Shown here piece by piece: positions 8,149-18,384 of a DNA stretch of 64,000 nt; the first letter of the stretch is position 1; every line of letters begins with the position of its first letter. The notes beneath the pieces were generated by a model. That model was not told where the DNA came from. It was given only the letters and a program-made list of their open reading frames with translations, and did no database searches. The DNA is from a bacterium (GTDB lineage Bacteria > UBA8248), in contig CBDATS010000008.1 in NCBI GenBank assembly GCA_965200245.1, positions 1-64,000 of the forward strand. Direction: 5' to 3'. Made by a program: the position numbers and the translations under genes.

Positions 8149-10770
8149 CTAGTCCTGAAGCCCTGCAATGCGCTTTGTGCTCTCGCGGAGTTTTTCTGCG
8201 CGCTCAATGGTCTCGCGCAGGCGGGTTTTGTCCTTTTCCACGATATCAGCGGGCGCTCGCTCGATAAACGAGGGATTGGCGAGCTTTTTCTCAAGACCCA
8301 GTATCGCGTCTCCCGCGTCGGCGATTTGCTTGTGGAGGCGTTTGAGTTCCTCTTCGACATCGATGAGTCCGCCGATGGGGATGAATGCCTGTCCGTATCC
8401 GAAAACGGTGTGGGCCGATGCCTTGGGCCGCTCCACGTCGGGGCCGACTTTCCAGTCGGGCGCGATTCTGGCCAGTCGCCGAATCCATTCGGCTTCGCGC
8501 ATGATGACGTCGAGATGGCCAGGGTCCTGTACGAGAACATGGGCGGGCATCTCCTTGTTGGGAGAGATGTTGAGTTCCCCCCGAATGTTCCGGATTCCGC
8601 CAATCATGTCTGTCAAGGCCTCGAACTCCTCTTCCGCCTCGGGGTCGTCCCAGTCATCCAGGGGTTTGGGCCATTCGGCCATCATGATGCTCGCGCCCCT
8701 GCGGTTTGGGAGTTTTTGCCAGATCTCCTCGGTAATGAAGGGGATGATCGGGTGGAGGAGCCGTAGTGTGCGTTCCAGCGCTTCGGCGAGCACGGCGCGG
8801 CTAGCGTTGCCGCGCTCCCCAGAGGAGAGAACAGGCTTGATGACCTCGAGATACCAGTCGCACAGTTCATGCCATGTGAAGTGGTAGAGCGCGAGGGCGG
8901 CGTCGTTGAAGCGGTATTCTGTGAGAGCTTCATCCACTTGGCGAGTCACGTCGTTCAGGCGGCTTAATATCCACCTGTCCCCCAGGGAGAGTTCTTCTCT
9001 CGGTGGTATGGGCGGAACGCTGTCATCCAGGTTCATAAGGGCGAAGCGGGCCGCGTTCCAGATTTTGTTACAGAAATTCCGGTTTCCGGCGATTCGTTCG
9101 GTGGAAAGGCGTATGTCACGTCCTTGGGCGGCCATGGCGGTGAGGGTGAACCTCAGTGAATCGGTGCCGAATTCCTCGATGATCTCCAGGGGGTCGATGA
9201 TGTTCCCGCGCGTCTTGCTCATCTTCTGCCCGTGCTCGTCGCGCACAAGTGCGTGGATGTAGACGTCCCGGAAGGGAACATCGTCCATGAACTTGAGGCC
9301 CGTCATGATCATCCTCGCCACCCAGAAGAAGATGATGTCGAAGCCCGTGACGAGGACGGACGTAGGATAGAAATACTTTAGATCTTCATTGTCCTCCGGC
9401 CACCCGAACGTCGAGAAGGGCCACAGGGCCGAACTGAACCATGTGTCGAGTACGTCGGTCTCGCGTCTGAGTTTCGGGTCGTCCGGATCTTCGCGCGAGA
9501 CAATCACTTCTCCTGTTTCGTCGTCATACCAAGCGGGAATCCGGTGGCCCCACCATATCTGGCGGCTGATGCACCAGTCCCGAATGTTGCGCATCCACTC
9601 GAAATAGGTGGATTCCCACTGTTTGGGGATGATCTTGATTCGCCCGTCCTCGACGGCACGTATCGATTCCTCCGCCAGAGGTTTCGCGCGCACGAACCAT
9701 TGTTTCGAGAGATAAGGCTCCACTACGGTGCCGCAGCGGTAGCACCCCCCCACGGCGTGACGATGGGCTTCCACCCCTCTCGACAGCCCTTGTGCTTCCA
9801 TGTCGGCGATGATGCGCTCGCGCGCCTTGAAGCGGTCCAGTCCCTCGTAGGGGCCTCCGTTTTCGTTGATTTTCGCATCCGGCGTGAAAATGTTGACTTG
9901 CGGCAGGTTGTTTCTGAGGCCGGCCTCGAAGTCGTTCGGATCGTGGGCAGGCGTCACCTTCACGGCGCCCGAGCCGAACTTGGCGTCCACGAAAGAATCC
10001 ACGATGACGGGGATTTTTCTGTCCAACAGCGGCAGGCGCAGATGCGCGCCCACGAGGTTTTTGTATTTCTCGTCTTCGGGATGAACGGCCACGGCTGTGT
10101 CGCCGAGCATGGTTTCGGGGCGTGTTGTGGCGATGGTGACACCCTCTCCGCCGTCCCAGAGCGGATAGTGGAAGTTCCAGAGGTGTCCGTCGTGTTCTTC
10201 ATGTTCGACTTCCAGGTCGGAGACGGCCGTCTCGCATCTCGGGCACCAGTTTACCAGGTAATTGTCACGGTAGATCAGCCCCTCTTCATAGAGTCTCACG
10301 AAGGCCTCACGCACGGCGCGGGAGAGGCCTTCGTCCATCGTGAAGCGTTCTCGTTCCCAGTCGCAAGAAGCACCCAGGCGGTGGAGTTGGCGAATGATGG
10401 TTCCACCGCTCTCTTCTTTCCATTTCCAGACGCGTTCAATAAATTTCTCCCTTCCCAGGGATTCACGCGAAAGGTTCTCCTCGGCGAGCTGGCGTTCCAC
10501 CACGTTTTGGGTGGCGATGCCCGCATGGTCGGTGCCCGGCATCCAGCAGACACGCAGGCCGCTCATACGCTTCCAGCGGATGAGGATGTCCTGCAGGGTA
10601 TTGTTCAGCGCGTGGCCCATGTGGAGCGAACCCGTCACGTTCGGCGGCGGAATGACGATGGAATAAGGTTCCTGACCGTCGTCGGGCGTGCCATGAAAAT
10701 ATCCGAGCTTCAGCCACGTGGCATACCAGCGATCTTCGGCCCCTTTCGGGTCGTAGCGTGGTTCCAGCAA
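8149..10770 (-). CDS. valS: Valine-tRNA ligase
   Basis: Motifs PPPNVTGSLHMGH, DHAGIATQ, WCISRQ and KMSKT, plus a C-terminal coiled coil. Confidence 0.97.
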   Translation of the reverse strand: MLEPRYDPKGAEDRWYATWLKLGYFHGTPDDGQEPYSIVIPPPNVTGSLHMGHALNNTLQDILIRWKRMSGLRVCWMPGTDHAGIATQNVVERQLAEENLSRESLGREKFIERVWKWKEESGGTIIRQLHRLGASCDWERERFTMDEGLSRAVREAFVRLYEEGLIYRDNYLVNWCPRCETAVSDLEVEHEEHDGHLWNFHYPLWDGGEGVTIATTRPETMLGDTAVAVHPEDEKYKNLVGAHLRLPLLDRKIPVIVDSFVDAKFGSGAVKVTPAHDPNDFEAGLRNNLPQVNIFTPDAKINENGGPYEGLDRFKARERIIADMEAQGLSRGVEAHRHAVGGCYRCGTVVEPYLSKQWFVRAKPLAEESIRAVEDGRIKIIPKQWESTYFEWMRNIRDWCISRQIWWGHRIPAWYDDETGEVIVSREDPDDPKLRRETDVLDTWFSSALWPFSTFGWPEDNEDLKYFYPTSVLVTGFDIIFFWVARMIMTGLKFMDDVPFRDVYIHALVRDEHGQKMSKTRGNIIDPLEIIEEFGTDSLRFTLTAMAAQGRDIRLSTERIAGNRNFCNKIWNAARFALMNLDDSVPPIPPREELSLGDRWILSRLNDVTRQVDEALTEYRFNDAALALYHFTWHELCDWYLEVIKPVLSSGERGNASRAVLAEALERTLRLLHPIIPFITEEIWQKLPNRRGASIMMAEWPKPLDDWDDPEAEEEFEALTDMIGGIRNIRGELNISPNKEMPAHVLVQDPGHLDVIMREAEWIRRLARIAPDWKVGPDVERPKASAHTVFGYGQAFIPIGGLIDVEEELKRLHKQIADAGDAILGLEKKLANPSFIERAPADIVEKDKTRLRETIERAEKLRESTKRIAGLQD

Positions 10771-10773
10771 AAC

Positions 10774-11448
10774 TTATTCTCCGCGTTTGATTTTCTCGAT
10801 TTCTCGAATGACGATCTTCTCTACGATATCGGGGAGTCGTTGCGCCACGATTTCTTCAATGTGATGAAGTAGTGTAGGAACGATTTTTTCCGCGGCATCT
10901 TCGAGATGTTTCTGGATGATGGGGGCGAGTGCTTCGCCATTCAGCGCGAGCGGATCCTCTGCTGCAGCGGGAGCCCGTTTCGTTTCATCGGCTTCCGTAG
11001 CAGCTGTTTTCCCGGCTGCCATCGCAGATGGAGAATCGGATTCTGCCTGCTCCTCGCACTCCGGCCTTGGAGCGCTCTCGGAAGGCGCGATGATGCGTTC
11101 CACTTCCGTCGTGAATACAATTGGTTTGAATGGTTTTTCGATGTTCGCTACCGCGCCCAATGCCTTGATTTCCTCATCGCTCACGCTGTTGCGCGTGCTT
11201 GTTAAAACGAGGAGAGGGAAGTGTGCAAATTGCGGCTTATCGCGCAAACGGCGGCAGAAGTCGAGACCGTCCGAATGCTTGAGGTCCAGGCCGGCTACGA
11301 CGAGGTCCGGCGGCGTATTTTCCGCCATTTTCAGCGCTTCGTCGGCATTCTCTGCAATTAAAACGTCGACCCCTTTGTCCCTGAAGGCCAATTCCACGAC
11401 GCGCTGTACCAGAAGGCTTTCGTCGAGGAGAAGCAGTTTGGTTGACAT
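10774..11448 (-). CDS. Atypical receiver-domain protein with a RomR/PopZ-like C-terminal helix
   Basis: REC fold with PDLVVAG (phospho-Asp position is Gly), an acidic Ala/Pro linker and tail RLPDIVEKIVIREIEKIKRG. Confidence 0.75.
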   Translation of the reverse strand: MSTKLLLLDESLLVQRVVELAFRDKGVDVLIAENADEALKMAENTPPDLVVAGLDLKHSDGLDFCRRLRDKPQFAHFPLLVLTSTRNSVSDEEIKALGAVANIEKPFKPIVFTTEVERIIAPSESAPRPECEEQAESDSPSAMAAGKTAATEADETKRAPAAAEDPLALNGEALAPIIQKHLEDAAEKIVPTLLHHIEEIVAQRLPDIVEKIVIREIEKIKRGE

Positions 11449-11605
11449 GTGTTCGGTCCTCCTCCGGGTGTCCACTGGATGATCCGAATAGAGGATACGG
11501 AACCGGGAGAACACGCTTGAATTTCCCGGGAGCCGTTGCGCCTTCCGCCATCGGTATGTCAGGAGGCAATCATGCCACTACCGCAATTCCAAGGTCAACC
11601 TGTCT

Positions 11606-12673
11606 CTATCTGCGTTGGTATCGATTCACGGCGCGACGGTGTTCGCGATACGTTCGTGAAAAGTGATGGCCGCCGTCCTTCTTGGCCACAAAATACAGAT
11701 ATTTCACTTTGGCGGGATTCAGGGCCGACTTGATGGATTCCAGCCCCGGACTGGCGATGGGTCCCGGAGGGAGCCCCTTGTGGAGATAGGTGTTATAGGG
11801 AGAATCGTATCGTAAATCTTTTTTGGTGATGTTTCCTTCGTAGTGAGGAAGCTCGTAGATGACGGTGGGGTCACTCTGGAGGCGCATTCTTCGTTTCAGT
11901 CTGTTGATGAATACGGCGGCGATGAGCGGGCGTTCGCTGCCGAGGGAGGTCTCTTTTTCGATTATCGAGGCTAGAGTGAGCGTCTGGTGCATGGTAAATC
12001 CCATTGCTTTTGCCTTTTCTCCAAGAGCGGGCGAGAACTTCTTGCGCATTGTGCGAACCATGAATCCCAGAATTTTTTTCGCCGAAACGCCCACTGGAAA
12101 ATAATACGTGTCGGGGAACAGATATCCCTCTATTGAAGTTCCGGGAATCTTTAGTTCTTTCAAAAAAGACGGATCCTCAGAAAGCCTGAGAATTTCCGCT
12201 TCATCGGCGAGTTTGACGCGCCGAATGGTTCTGGCGATTTCGCGGACGTTGTAACCCTCGGGAATCGTCAACGTGCGTCGAGCAACTCGCCCCTCCGATA
12301 AACGTCGGTATATCTCTCGCGCCGACATGGGTGCCTTCAGTTCATAAACGCCGGCCTGAATTCTATTGGCGCCGCCTCTTAGTCTGGCTTGGAGGTGGAA
12401 CAACCAAGGGTTTCGGATCAAGTCGCTTTTCTCGAGTAATTCCAGAATTTGGGCAAAGGACATGCCGGAGCGGATGTGAATCCGCCTCACCTCATGCGTC
12501 CCGGGGTTCGCGGGCCGGTGGAATTCATCGTCCAGATATCCATAGCCCATCAACGCAAGCAAAATGATAAAGCAAAAAAGTGCGACGAGGACTTTCCCGA
12601 TCCGCCGTTTTTTGGCAGGAGGCACTATTTCGGACACCTCGCCTTCTTCGGTAGGATTTTTGTTTTCAGCCAT
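11606..12673 (-). CDS. mltG: Endolytic transglycosylase MltG
   Basis: N-terminal TM helix. Motifs TIPEG, EGYLFPDTY, ASIIEKE, LQSDPT, YNTY and GLPPGPI. Confidence 0.95.
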   Translation of the reverse strand: MAENKNPTEEGEVSEIVPPAKKRRIGKVLVALFCFIILLALMGYGYLDDEFHRPANPGTHEVRRIHIRSGMSFAQILELLEKSDLIRNPWLFHLQARLRGGANRIQAGVYELKAPMSAREIYRRLSEGRVARRTLTIPEGYNVREIARTIRRVKLADEAEILRLSEDPSFLKELKIPGTSIEGYLFPDTYYFPVGVSAKKILGFMVRTMRKKFSPALGEKAKAMGFTMHQTLTLASIIEKETSLGSERPLIAAVFINRLKRRMRLQSDPTVIYELPHYEGNITKKDLRYDSPYNTYLHKGLPPGPIASPGLESIKSALNPAKVKYLYFVAKKDGGHHFSRTYREHRRAVNRYQRR

Positions 12674-13109
12674 CGGAGATGTCGCGCTTCATATTTTGGT
12701 AGTCGAGGTACGCCTGCAGAATGAGTTGCGCCGCAATGACGTCGCGCTTTTTTATCTTGTAGCTCCGTTTGACTTCCGTTTCGTTCATTATCCGGTCTGC
12801 CTGGGTCGTGCTGAGCCGCTCGTCCCATTTTTCGACGGGAATTTCGAGGTTGTTCCGCAAATAATAGATGAACTTTCTCGTGCGTTTCGCCCTCGGAGTG
12901 TCCTGATTGGAGAGACTGATGGGATAACCCACGACCAACAGACCGACATCGCGCTCACGGATAATGCTAGCCATCTCATCAAGTAGTTGTGTATCGCATC
13001 GTCGCTCGATGAGGCCGAGTGGCTGAGAGGTCAGACCTAGTGAATCACTGATGGCAAGGCCCACCCGTTTCTCGCCGAAGTCTATACCCAAGATTCGGGG
13101 ATGATTCAT
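12666..13109 (-). CDS. ruvX: YqgF/RuvX pre-16S rRNA nuclease
   Basis: Motifs GIDFGEKRVGLAISD, VVGYP, WDERLST and AAQLILQ. Confidence 0.93.
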   Translation of the reverse strand: MNHPRILGIDFGEKRVGLAISDSLGLTSQPLGLIERRCDTQLLDEMASIIRERDVGLLVVGYPISLSNQDTPRAKRTRKFIYYLRNNLEIPVEKWDERLSTTQADRIMNETEVKRSYKIKKRDVIAAQLILQAYLDYQNMKRDISDG

Positions 13110-14722
13110 TATTTGGTTGATTTCACCTTGGCGTCGCCGGGATAGGACATTTCGATCTGGAATCGCTCGAGCGTGGAATGGGTTGCCCTGTCCAACGAGG
13201 CAAGAGATTTGTGATAGTCAATGAGGGCCCTGGTTTCTTCGGTCAAGGCGTTGGCCAGCCTTTCCTGGTCTTCGAGAATGTTTCTGCTCGTCGAGAGGCC
13301 GACCTTGAATTTTTTCTCCTGGGCGTCGAGGCGTTCTTCCGCCAGCCTTCTGGCGACTCGGGTCGCCTCGATTCTTTTGATGTTGACACGAACCCAACGC
13401 GCGTTGCGACGCACTTCCTCCATGATGGCCTGCTGCGTTTGATGGTAGGAGGCCAGCGTTTGGGCGTGCCTGAGTCGTGCTTGACGATAGTCCGCTTTCG
13501 CTCGCCTGTTTCCGATGGGGATGCGGAAAGTGACCCCGCCGGAGAAAGTGTATTTCTCGTTTTTGAACTGCTCCTCGAAGGCCTCGCCTTGATCCTCCGC
13601 TACAGCGTTGTTGGATGCCGATGCGTTCAGATTGACTTCGGGCAGCAGGTTTTGTTTCGCTACCTTCATGTCGATTTTTCTTTTGTCGATTTCGAGACGG
13701 GCGCTCTCGACCGCGGCATGCTTGCGCAAGGCCTTGAGCGTGAGTTGCATCTCGTCCAACTTGATTCTCTTGAACTCCGGCTTATCGCTGGGTTGGATGG
13801 CGATTCCCCAGGAGGAAGGCTTGTCCGTGACGTTCAGCAGCATTTTCAGAGTGTCTTCCCTGTCCTTTACTTCGCGCTCCGCCACGAGAAGAGCTTCTTC
13901 ACGGGAGGCGACGGTGGCTTCCGCTTCCGTAATCTCTATCGGGGCGAGGGTGCCGACATCGACCTGTATCTTGTTCCGACGCAAGAGATCTTTCGCGAGG
14001 CCGAGAGACTTTCGCCTGAACTCGAGATTCTGAATGGAGAAGACGAGGTTCCAATAAGCTTGTTCCACAGCGTCCACAGTCTGGATGACCTTGCTTCGGT
14101 AAGTGTGAAGTGTTTGTTCTTTCGTGACCATGGCCACCTTGATTCTGGCTTGGTTGATGTCGATGCCGAAATTCTTGAACAAGGGCTGCTCAATAGTAAA
14201 GGTGAGGCTGGTTTGATAGGTCGGGTCGAATACGTTTTGCTGGGAATTCGTCGATTCTCGGATATTTCGCAGAATAAGCGAATACTCGGCCCCTGTGATG
14301 ATTTTTTGGCGAATGCCGGCCGCTATCCCAAGGGTGTCTGTTTCCAGTATGCCCGCGAGATTATTCACGATAGCGCTATTCGCCGAGCCGAGCTTGGATT
14401 TGCCGACCTCTGTTTCCACGAAGGCTTGAGGGTCGAAAGCGGAACGTTCCCTGACAACATTGCTTTCGGCGATGTCCGGATCGAACCCAGCGATGGTGAT
14501 GTCGAAATTGCGCGCAAGGGCGATGCTCACGGCTTCCCGTATGGAGAGCGCAAGGCGAGGCCCCTTGATGTTCGGTGGCGGCACATTGCTGCGGGGGCGG
14601 TCGAAAGAAGTTTCCGCGGACCTGTCGACTTCCGCAGCGGAGATGTCATACGTAAGGGAGGAAAAGCACAGGAGCGCGAGAAGCAGGCCAATACACAGAG
14701 AAAAAGATTTGGGCGGTCTCAT
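13109..14722 (-). CDS. TolC-family outer membrane efflux protein
   Basis: Signal peptide, ALARN, AYWNL, duplicated OEP halves and KFKVGLST. Confidence 0.88.
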   Translation of the reverse strand: MRPPKSFSLCIGLLLALLCFSSLTYDISAAEVDRSAETSFDRPRSNVPPPNIKGPRLALSIREAVSIALARNFDITIAGFDPDIAESNVVRERSAFDPQAFVETEVGKSKLGSANSAIVNNLAGILETDTLGIAAGIRQKIITGAEYSLILRNIRESTNSQQNVFDPTYQTSLTFTIEQPLFKNFGIDINQARIKVAMVTKEQTLHTYRSKVIQTVDAVEQAYWNLVFSIQNLEFRRKSLGLAKDLLRRNKIQVDVGTLAPIEITEAEATVASREEALLVAEREVKDREDTLKMLLNVTDKPSSWGIAIQPSDKPEFKRIKLDEMQLTLKALRKHAAVESARLEIDKRKIDMKVAKQNLLPEVNLNASASNNAVAEDQGEAFEEQFKNEKYTFSGGVTFRIPIGNRRAKADYRQARLRHAQTLASYHQTQQAIMEEVRRNARWVRVNIKRIEATRVARRLAEERLDAQEKKFKVGLSTSRNILEDQERLANALTEETRALIDYHKSLASLDRATHSTLERFQIEMSYPGDAKVKSTK

Positions 14723-15018
14723 AAACTGTCTGGCTCCACGTGGCTGGCGGCTTGTATCGCAACCGGTTTTACCACGAATCTACGTTACATTCTTGAGGTT
14801 AGATTGTCCTGCAACTTGGAGGACATATTACGCGCATTCGGGCGAAAAGGAAAACACCTTTTTTCTTGCACGGCGATTACTTATTGTAAATTAGGGAGAT
14901 AGGGCGTCGCCGTATCTTTCTTGCGCAAGTGCGCAGCGCTCTGCTAGAAAGATTTGGTAGAAGCGTTCGGTTCGAAGTCGCTTCGCACAAAACGCGATTC
15001 TTTCGAGGTGAGCAAGCG

Positions 15019-15951
15019 GTGGAAGTGTTTGAGGGAGTGGACGCCTATGATCCTGAGGATTCTCCCTCGGTCTTGAGCATTGGGAATTTCGACGGTGTTC
15101 ATCTAGCCCATCGGGAGATTTGTCGCTTCATCAATCAAGAAGCCACCCGGCGTCGCGGCCGGAGCGTCATATTAACATTCGAACCGCACCCGCTCTCTGT
15201 GGTCGCCCCCGAAAGGCGGCCTTCTCTTATGACCACCCTGGAAGAGAAGTTGGCCCGCCTGGAGGATCAGAACGTCCATGCCGTGGTGGTCCAGAAGTTC
15301 ACGCCCCAACTTGCGCAAACCGAGGCGCGGGAGTTCGTGCGGCGGATTATCGGTGAGGGCTTGAAAGCATCTCTGGTAGTGATCGGTTTCAATTTTCGTT
15401 TCGGAAAGGGCCGCGCGGGAAATGTCGATCTCTTGCAGGATGAAGGGATGAGCACCGGGTTCGAAACGCACGTGTTGAAGCCGTACATGTTCGAGGGCAG
15501 GCGGGTCAGCAGCACGGAAATCAGAAAACTGCTTCTCGGTGGAGCAGTGGAAGAAGCGGCGCGCCTGCTGGGGCAGCACCACATGATAGAAGGACGGGTG
15601 ATTCGTGGCGACGGGCGGGGCCGCCAGATCGGAATCCCGACGGCCAACGTGGATTACCCACCTATCCTGATTCCTGAAAACGGGGTGTACGCCTGCAGGG
15701 TGCAGATAGACGGACGGGAAAGCGCGCGGCATCCTGCCGTGACAAACATCGGAAATCGTCCCACGTTCAATAAGAAAGAGGTAACTCTTGAAACCCATCT
15801 GCTGGATTGGGATGGAGATTTGTATGGGAAATCGATTCGGGTCGAGTTCGTTTCCCGCTTGCGTGCGGAGAAAAAGTTCTCGGGTCCCGAAGAACTCGTG
15901 CGGGAAATTCACCGGGATATCGAAAGCGGACGGGAAAAGTTGGGCGCCTAG
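15019..15951 (+). CDS. ribF: Bifunctional riboflavin kinase/FAD synthetase
   Basis: Motifs IGNFDGVH, TFEPHP, FRFG, SSTEIR, GIPTAN and ETHLLD. Confidence 0.95.
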   Translation: MEVFEGVDAYDPEDSPSVLSIGNFDGVHLAHREICRFINQEATRRRGRSVILTFEPHPLSVVAPERRPSLMTTLEEKLARLEDQNVHAVVVQKFTPQLAQTEAREFVRRIIGEGLKASLVVIGFNFRFGKGRAGNVDLLQDEGMSTGFETHVLKPYMFEGRRVSSTEIRKLLLGGAVEEAARLLGQHHMIEGRVIRGDGRGRQIGIPTANVDYPPILIPENGVYACRVQIDGRESARHPAVTNIGNRPTFNKKEVTLETHLLDWDGDLYGKSIRVEFVSRLRAEKKFSGPEELVREIHRDIESGREKLGA

Positions 15952-16577
15952 GCGAGAATTTCCATTAGTCCGTCGTATACAAAGAACACCCCGAAGCCCA
16001 GCATCACCCAGGCGCAGCCCTGCTCGATTCTCCTCCACCCGGTTTTGCCGATCATTCGGCTACCCTGATTTGAAGACCACGTCACGAAAACAGCCCACAC
16101 GGCGTCCGCCGATAGATGAACGACCGTCATTCCCACAAGACCGGCCAGCCATCCGAATTCGAGCGTCCGGGTGATGAGGCTCGCGCCGATGGTGATCCAC
16201 CACAAAAACCAGTAGGGGTTCAACAATGTGAGGAGGACGCCGCCGGTAACAGAGTTGCACTGTAAGGCGCCCTTTTGCTCGGCAGTATCTGAGGCCCGGA
16301 AATTCCGGAACACGCCGCTTCCCAGATAAATCAGTACGCCCCCGCCCAGCAGGGAGACGCCCTCGCGTATGCCTTGGGTTTCAAAGAAAGGCTGAAGTCC
16401 AGCGTATAAGGCAATAATGAGCGGGACTTCGGCCAGAGCATGTCCGAGAGTTACCCAAACGCCGGCCCACGGGCTTTCCCTGCCGCGCGCGATGAGGAAC
16501 GCCGTGAGAGGTCCCGGCGACATGACGCCGCTCAGGGAGATGAGAGTGATGAATCCGTAAAAGGTGAGCAAACTCAT
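15948..16577 (-). CDS. LysE-family translocator
   Basis: Motifs SPGP, GHALAE and NPYWFLWW; hydrophobic. Confidence 0.88.
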   Translation of the reverse strand: MSLLTFYGFITLISLSGVMSPGPLTAFLIARGRESPWAGVWVTLGHALAEVPLIIALYAGLQPFFETQGIREGVSLLGGGVLIYLGSGVFRNFRASDTAEQKGALQCNSVTGGVLLTLLNPYWFLWWITIGASLITRTLEFGWLAGLVGMTVVHLSADAVWAVFVTWSSNQGSRMIGKTGWRRIEQGCAWVMLGFGVFFVYDGLMEILA

Positions 16578-16813
16578 GAGTTTGTTTTTTCGAGCAAACG
16601 ACGAAACCGCTCAATATCCGGGTGATACTTGAATACCTTCGTTTTTCCCAGAAAAACGACCGGCACTTCCTCGCCGTAGAGGCGGGCAAGTTCTGGATCC
16701 GTATCCACGTCGACCTCTTCAATAACAAGGTCCGGGAAATGGTGCATCATCGCTTCTTTCGCATCGTCGCAAAGACAGCATTCGTTTCGCGTGTAAAGCG
16801 TAATTTTGGGCAT
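16574..16813 (-). CDS. Glutaredoxin-like (DUF836) protein
   Basis: Motifs LYTR..CCLCD, EVDVD.D.EL..YG.EVPV. Confidence 0.85.
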   Translation of the reverse strand: MPKITLYTRNECCLCDDAKEAMMHHFPDLVIEEVDVDTDPELARLYGEEVPVVFLGKTKVFKYHPDIERFRRLLEKTNS

Positions 16814-16919
16814 CTTCTCCTGCGCCTTCGCCGGATACGGATTCTTGGGCTGCGTTATCTGCCACCTACTATATCAGATGAAACAGGCAGGGATTGGTTT
16901 GATTCATCGGTTCGAATCC

Positions 16920-16948
16920 TTGACAATCCATCATCCCACCGATATAGG
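16920..16948 (+). promoter_or_regulatory. Sigma70-type promoter for tRNA-Leu
   Basis: TTGACA-N17-TATAGG. Confidence 0.65.
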
Positions 16949-16968
16949 GGATGACTACCAATCTTCTC

Positions 16969-17055
16969 GCCGGAGTGGCGGAAATGGTAGACGCGCTAGA
17001 TTCAGGTTCTAGTGGGCTTCGGCTCGTGGAGGTTCAAGTCCTCTCTCCGGCACCA
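16969..17055 (+). tRNA. tRNA-Leu(CAG)
   Basis: Acceptor stem GCCGGAG/CTCCGGC, anticodon arm CTAGA-TTCAGGT-TCTAG, long variable arm, GTTCAAG T-loop and encoded CCA. Confidence 0.97.
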
Positions 17056-17110
17056 ATTTACATCAAATCGTTCAGCGGAAAGAGCGCCGTCTTCCCGCTC
17101 AGGAGGCCTC

Positions 17111-18364
17111 ATGAAAATTTTCGAGGATAAGCTTTCGAACGGCATTCGCGTCGTAACTGCGGAACGCGCGGAATCGGCGGCCGTGGCGTTTCACATTTAT
17201 TTCGGCTGCGGCGGCCGGCATGAACGCGACGCAGTGGTGGGCGTCTCCCATGCGCTCGAGCACATGGTTTTCAAGGGCACGCCTTCGAGAACGACACTCG
17301 ACATCGCGCGAGAGATGGAAGGTAACGGCGCGTCCATAAACGCCAACACCGCGCCCGAGCGCACTTGCTATCACTTCACGGCGCCCGCCGATGCGTTCGC
17401 CACCGTCCTGGAAGTCTATGCGGACGCGGTGAACAACTGCCTGCTGGACAAGGACGAGTGGCATCGGGAACGAATGGTCATTCTGGAAGAGTTGAAGATG
17501 TATGAGGATATGCCGCGGATATGGGTCTCGGATATGCTGGAGACCACGATCTACAACTTACAGATGGGCGTCATCGGGGACCGGGATACCATCAACGAGA
17601 TAGAACCCGAACACATGCGCGAACTGATAGAGAAATGGTATGTCCCTGGCAACACGGTAATCTCCGTGGCGGGCGGCGTAAAGCATGAAGAGGTAATGAT
17701 GCTCTCCGAGAAACACTTTGGGGAGCGGAGCGGCAGCCGAGAGAAGCCTCAACCTCCCGGTTTGCCGGGGAAAAGTAAGGCCAAAATCGTGGATCAGGCC
17801 CGCCAGACGGATCAGGTGAATCTTGCGCTCGGGTTCCGCGCCTTCGGTCTGAATCACCAGGACGCCACTCCCCTCCGGGTGATGTGCAACATTCTTGGCG
17901 GGAAGATGAGCAGCAGACTGTTCACTGAAGTACGCGAGAAGCGGGGTCTTGCCTACAGTGTGGGTGCTGCTCCGCATCGTTACACCGATACCGGCATGGT
18001 ACAGCTCAAGGCGGGCGTTGCTCTTGAGAAGGCGGTGGAGGCGACCGAGGTGATGCTTTCCGAAACGGGTAAGTTCAAGAACGAATCCGTTACAGAGGAT
18101 GAACTCGCCGAAGCGAAGCGCTACATCAAGGGAAATCTGCAGATACACGAGAGTTCGGAATATCATGCGGGCCGAAACGGATTGAACCTCATGCTGAGAG
18201 GTAGGATATACTCCGTGGAGGAGGAATTGGCTGATATCGACTCCGTGGATGGGCTGGATATTCAGCGCGTGGCGAACGAAATCTTTCAGGAAGAGAGGCT
18301 CACCGCCGCCGTTATCGCGGAGCGCGAACTCGGCTCCGAACTCGAAGCGGTCCTCCGGATTTAG
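17111..18364 (+). CDS. M16-family (pitrilysin-like) peptidase
   Basis: HALEHMVFKGT (HxxEH) and SSRLFTEVREKRGLAYSV. AGGAGG RBS. Confidence 0.92.
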   Translation: MKIFEDKLSNGIRVVTAERAESAAVAFHIYFGCGGRHERDAVVGVSHALEHMVFKGTPSRTTLDIAREMEGNGASINANTAPERTCYHFTAPADAFATVLEVYADAVNNCLLDKDEWHRERMVILEELKMYEDMPRIWVSDMLETTIYNLQMGVIGDRDTINEIEPEHMRELIEKWYVPGNTVISVAGGVKHEEVMMLSEKHFGERSGSREKPQPPGLPGKSKAKIVDQARQTDQVNLALGFRAFGLNHQDATPLRVMCNILGGKMSSRLFTEVREKRGLAYSVGAAPHRYTDTGMVQLKAGVALEKAVEATEVMLSETGKFKNESVTEDELAEAKRYIKGNLQIHESSEYHAGRNGLNLMLRGRIYSVEEELADIDSVDGLDIQRVANEIFQEERLTAAVIAERELGSELEAVLRI

Positions 18365-18384
18365 CTTTCAAAATCTGAGAATAA

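Noticed and set aside
13178-14902. 574-aa plus-strand ORF
   Set aside because: Antisense shadow of tolC with no motifs.
16969-17110. tRNA-Leu as an integration site
   Set aside because: No integrase or duplicated tRNA 3' end was seen, and the flanks are housekeeping genes.
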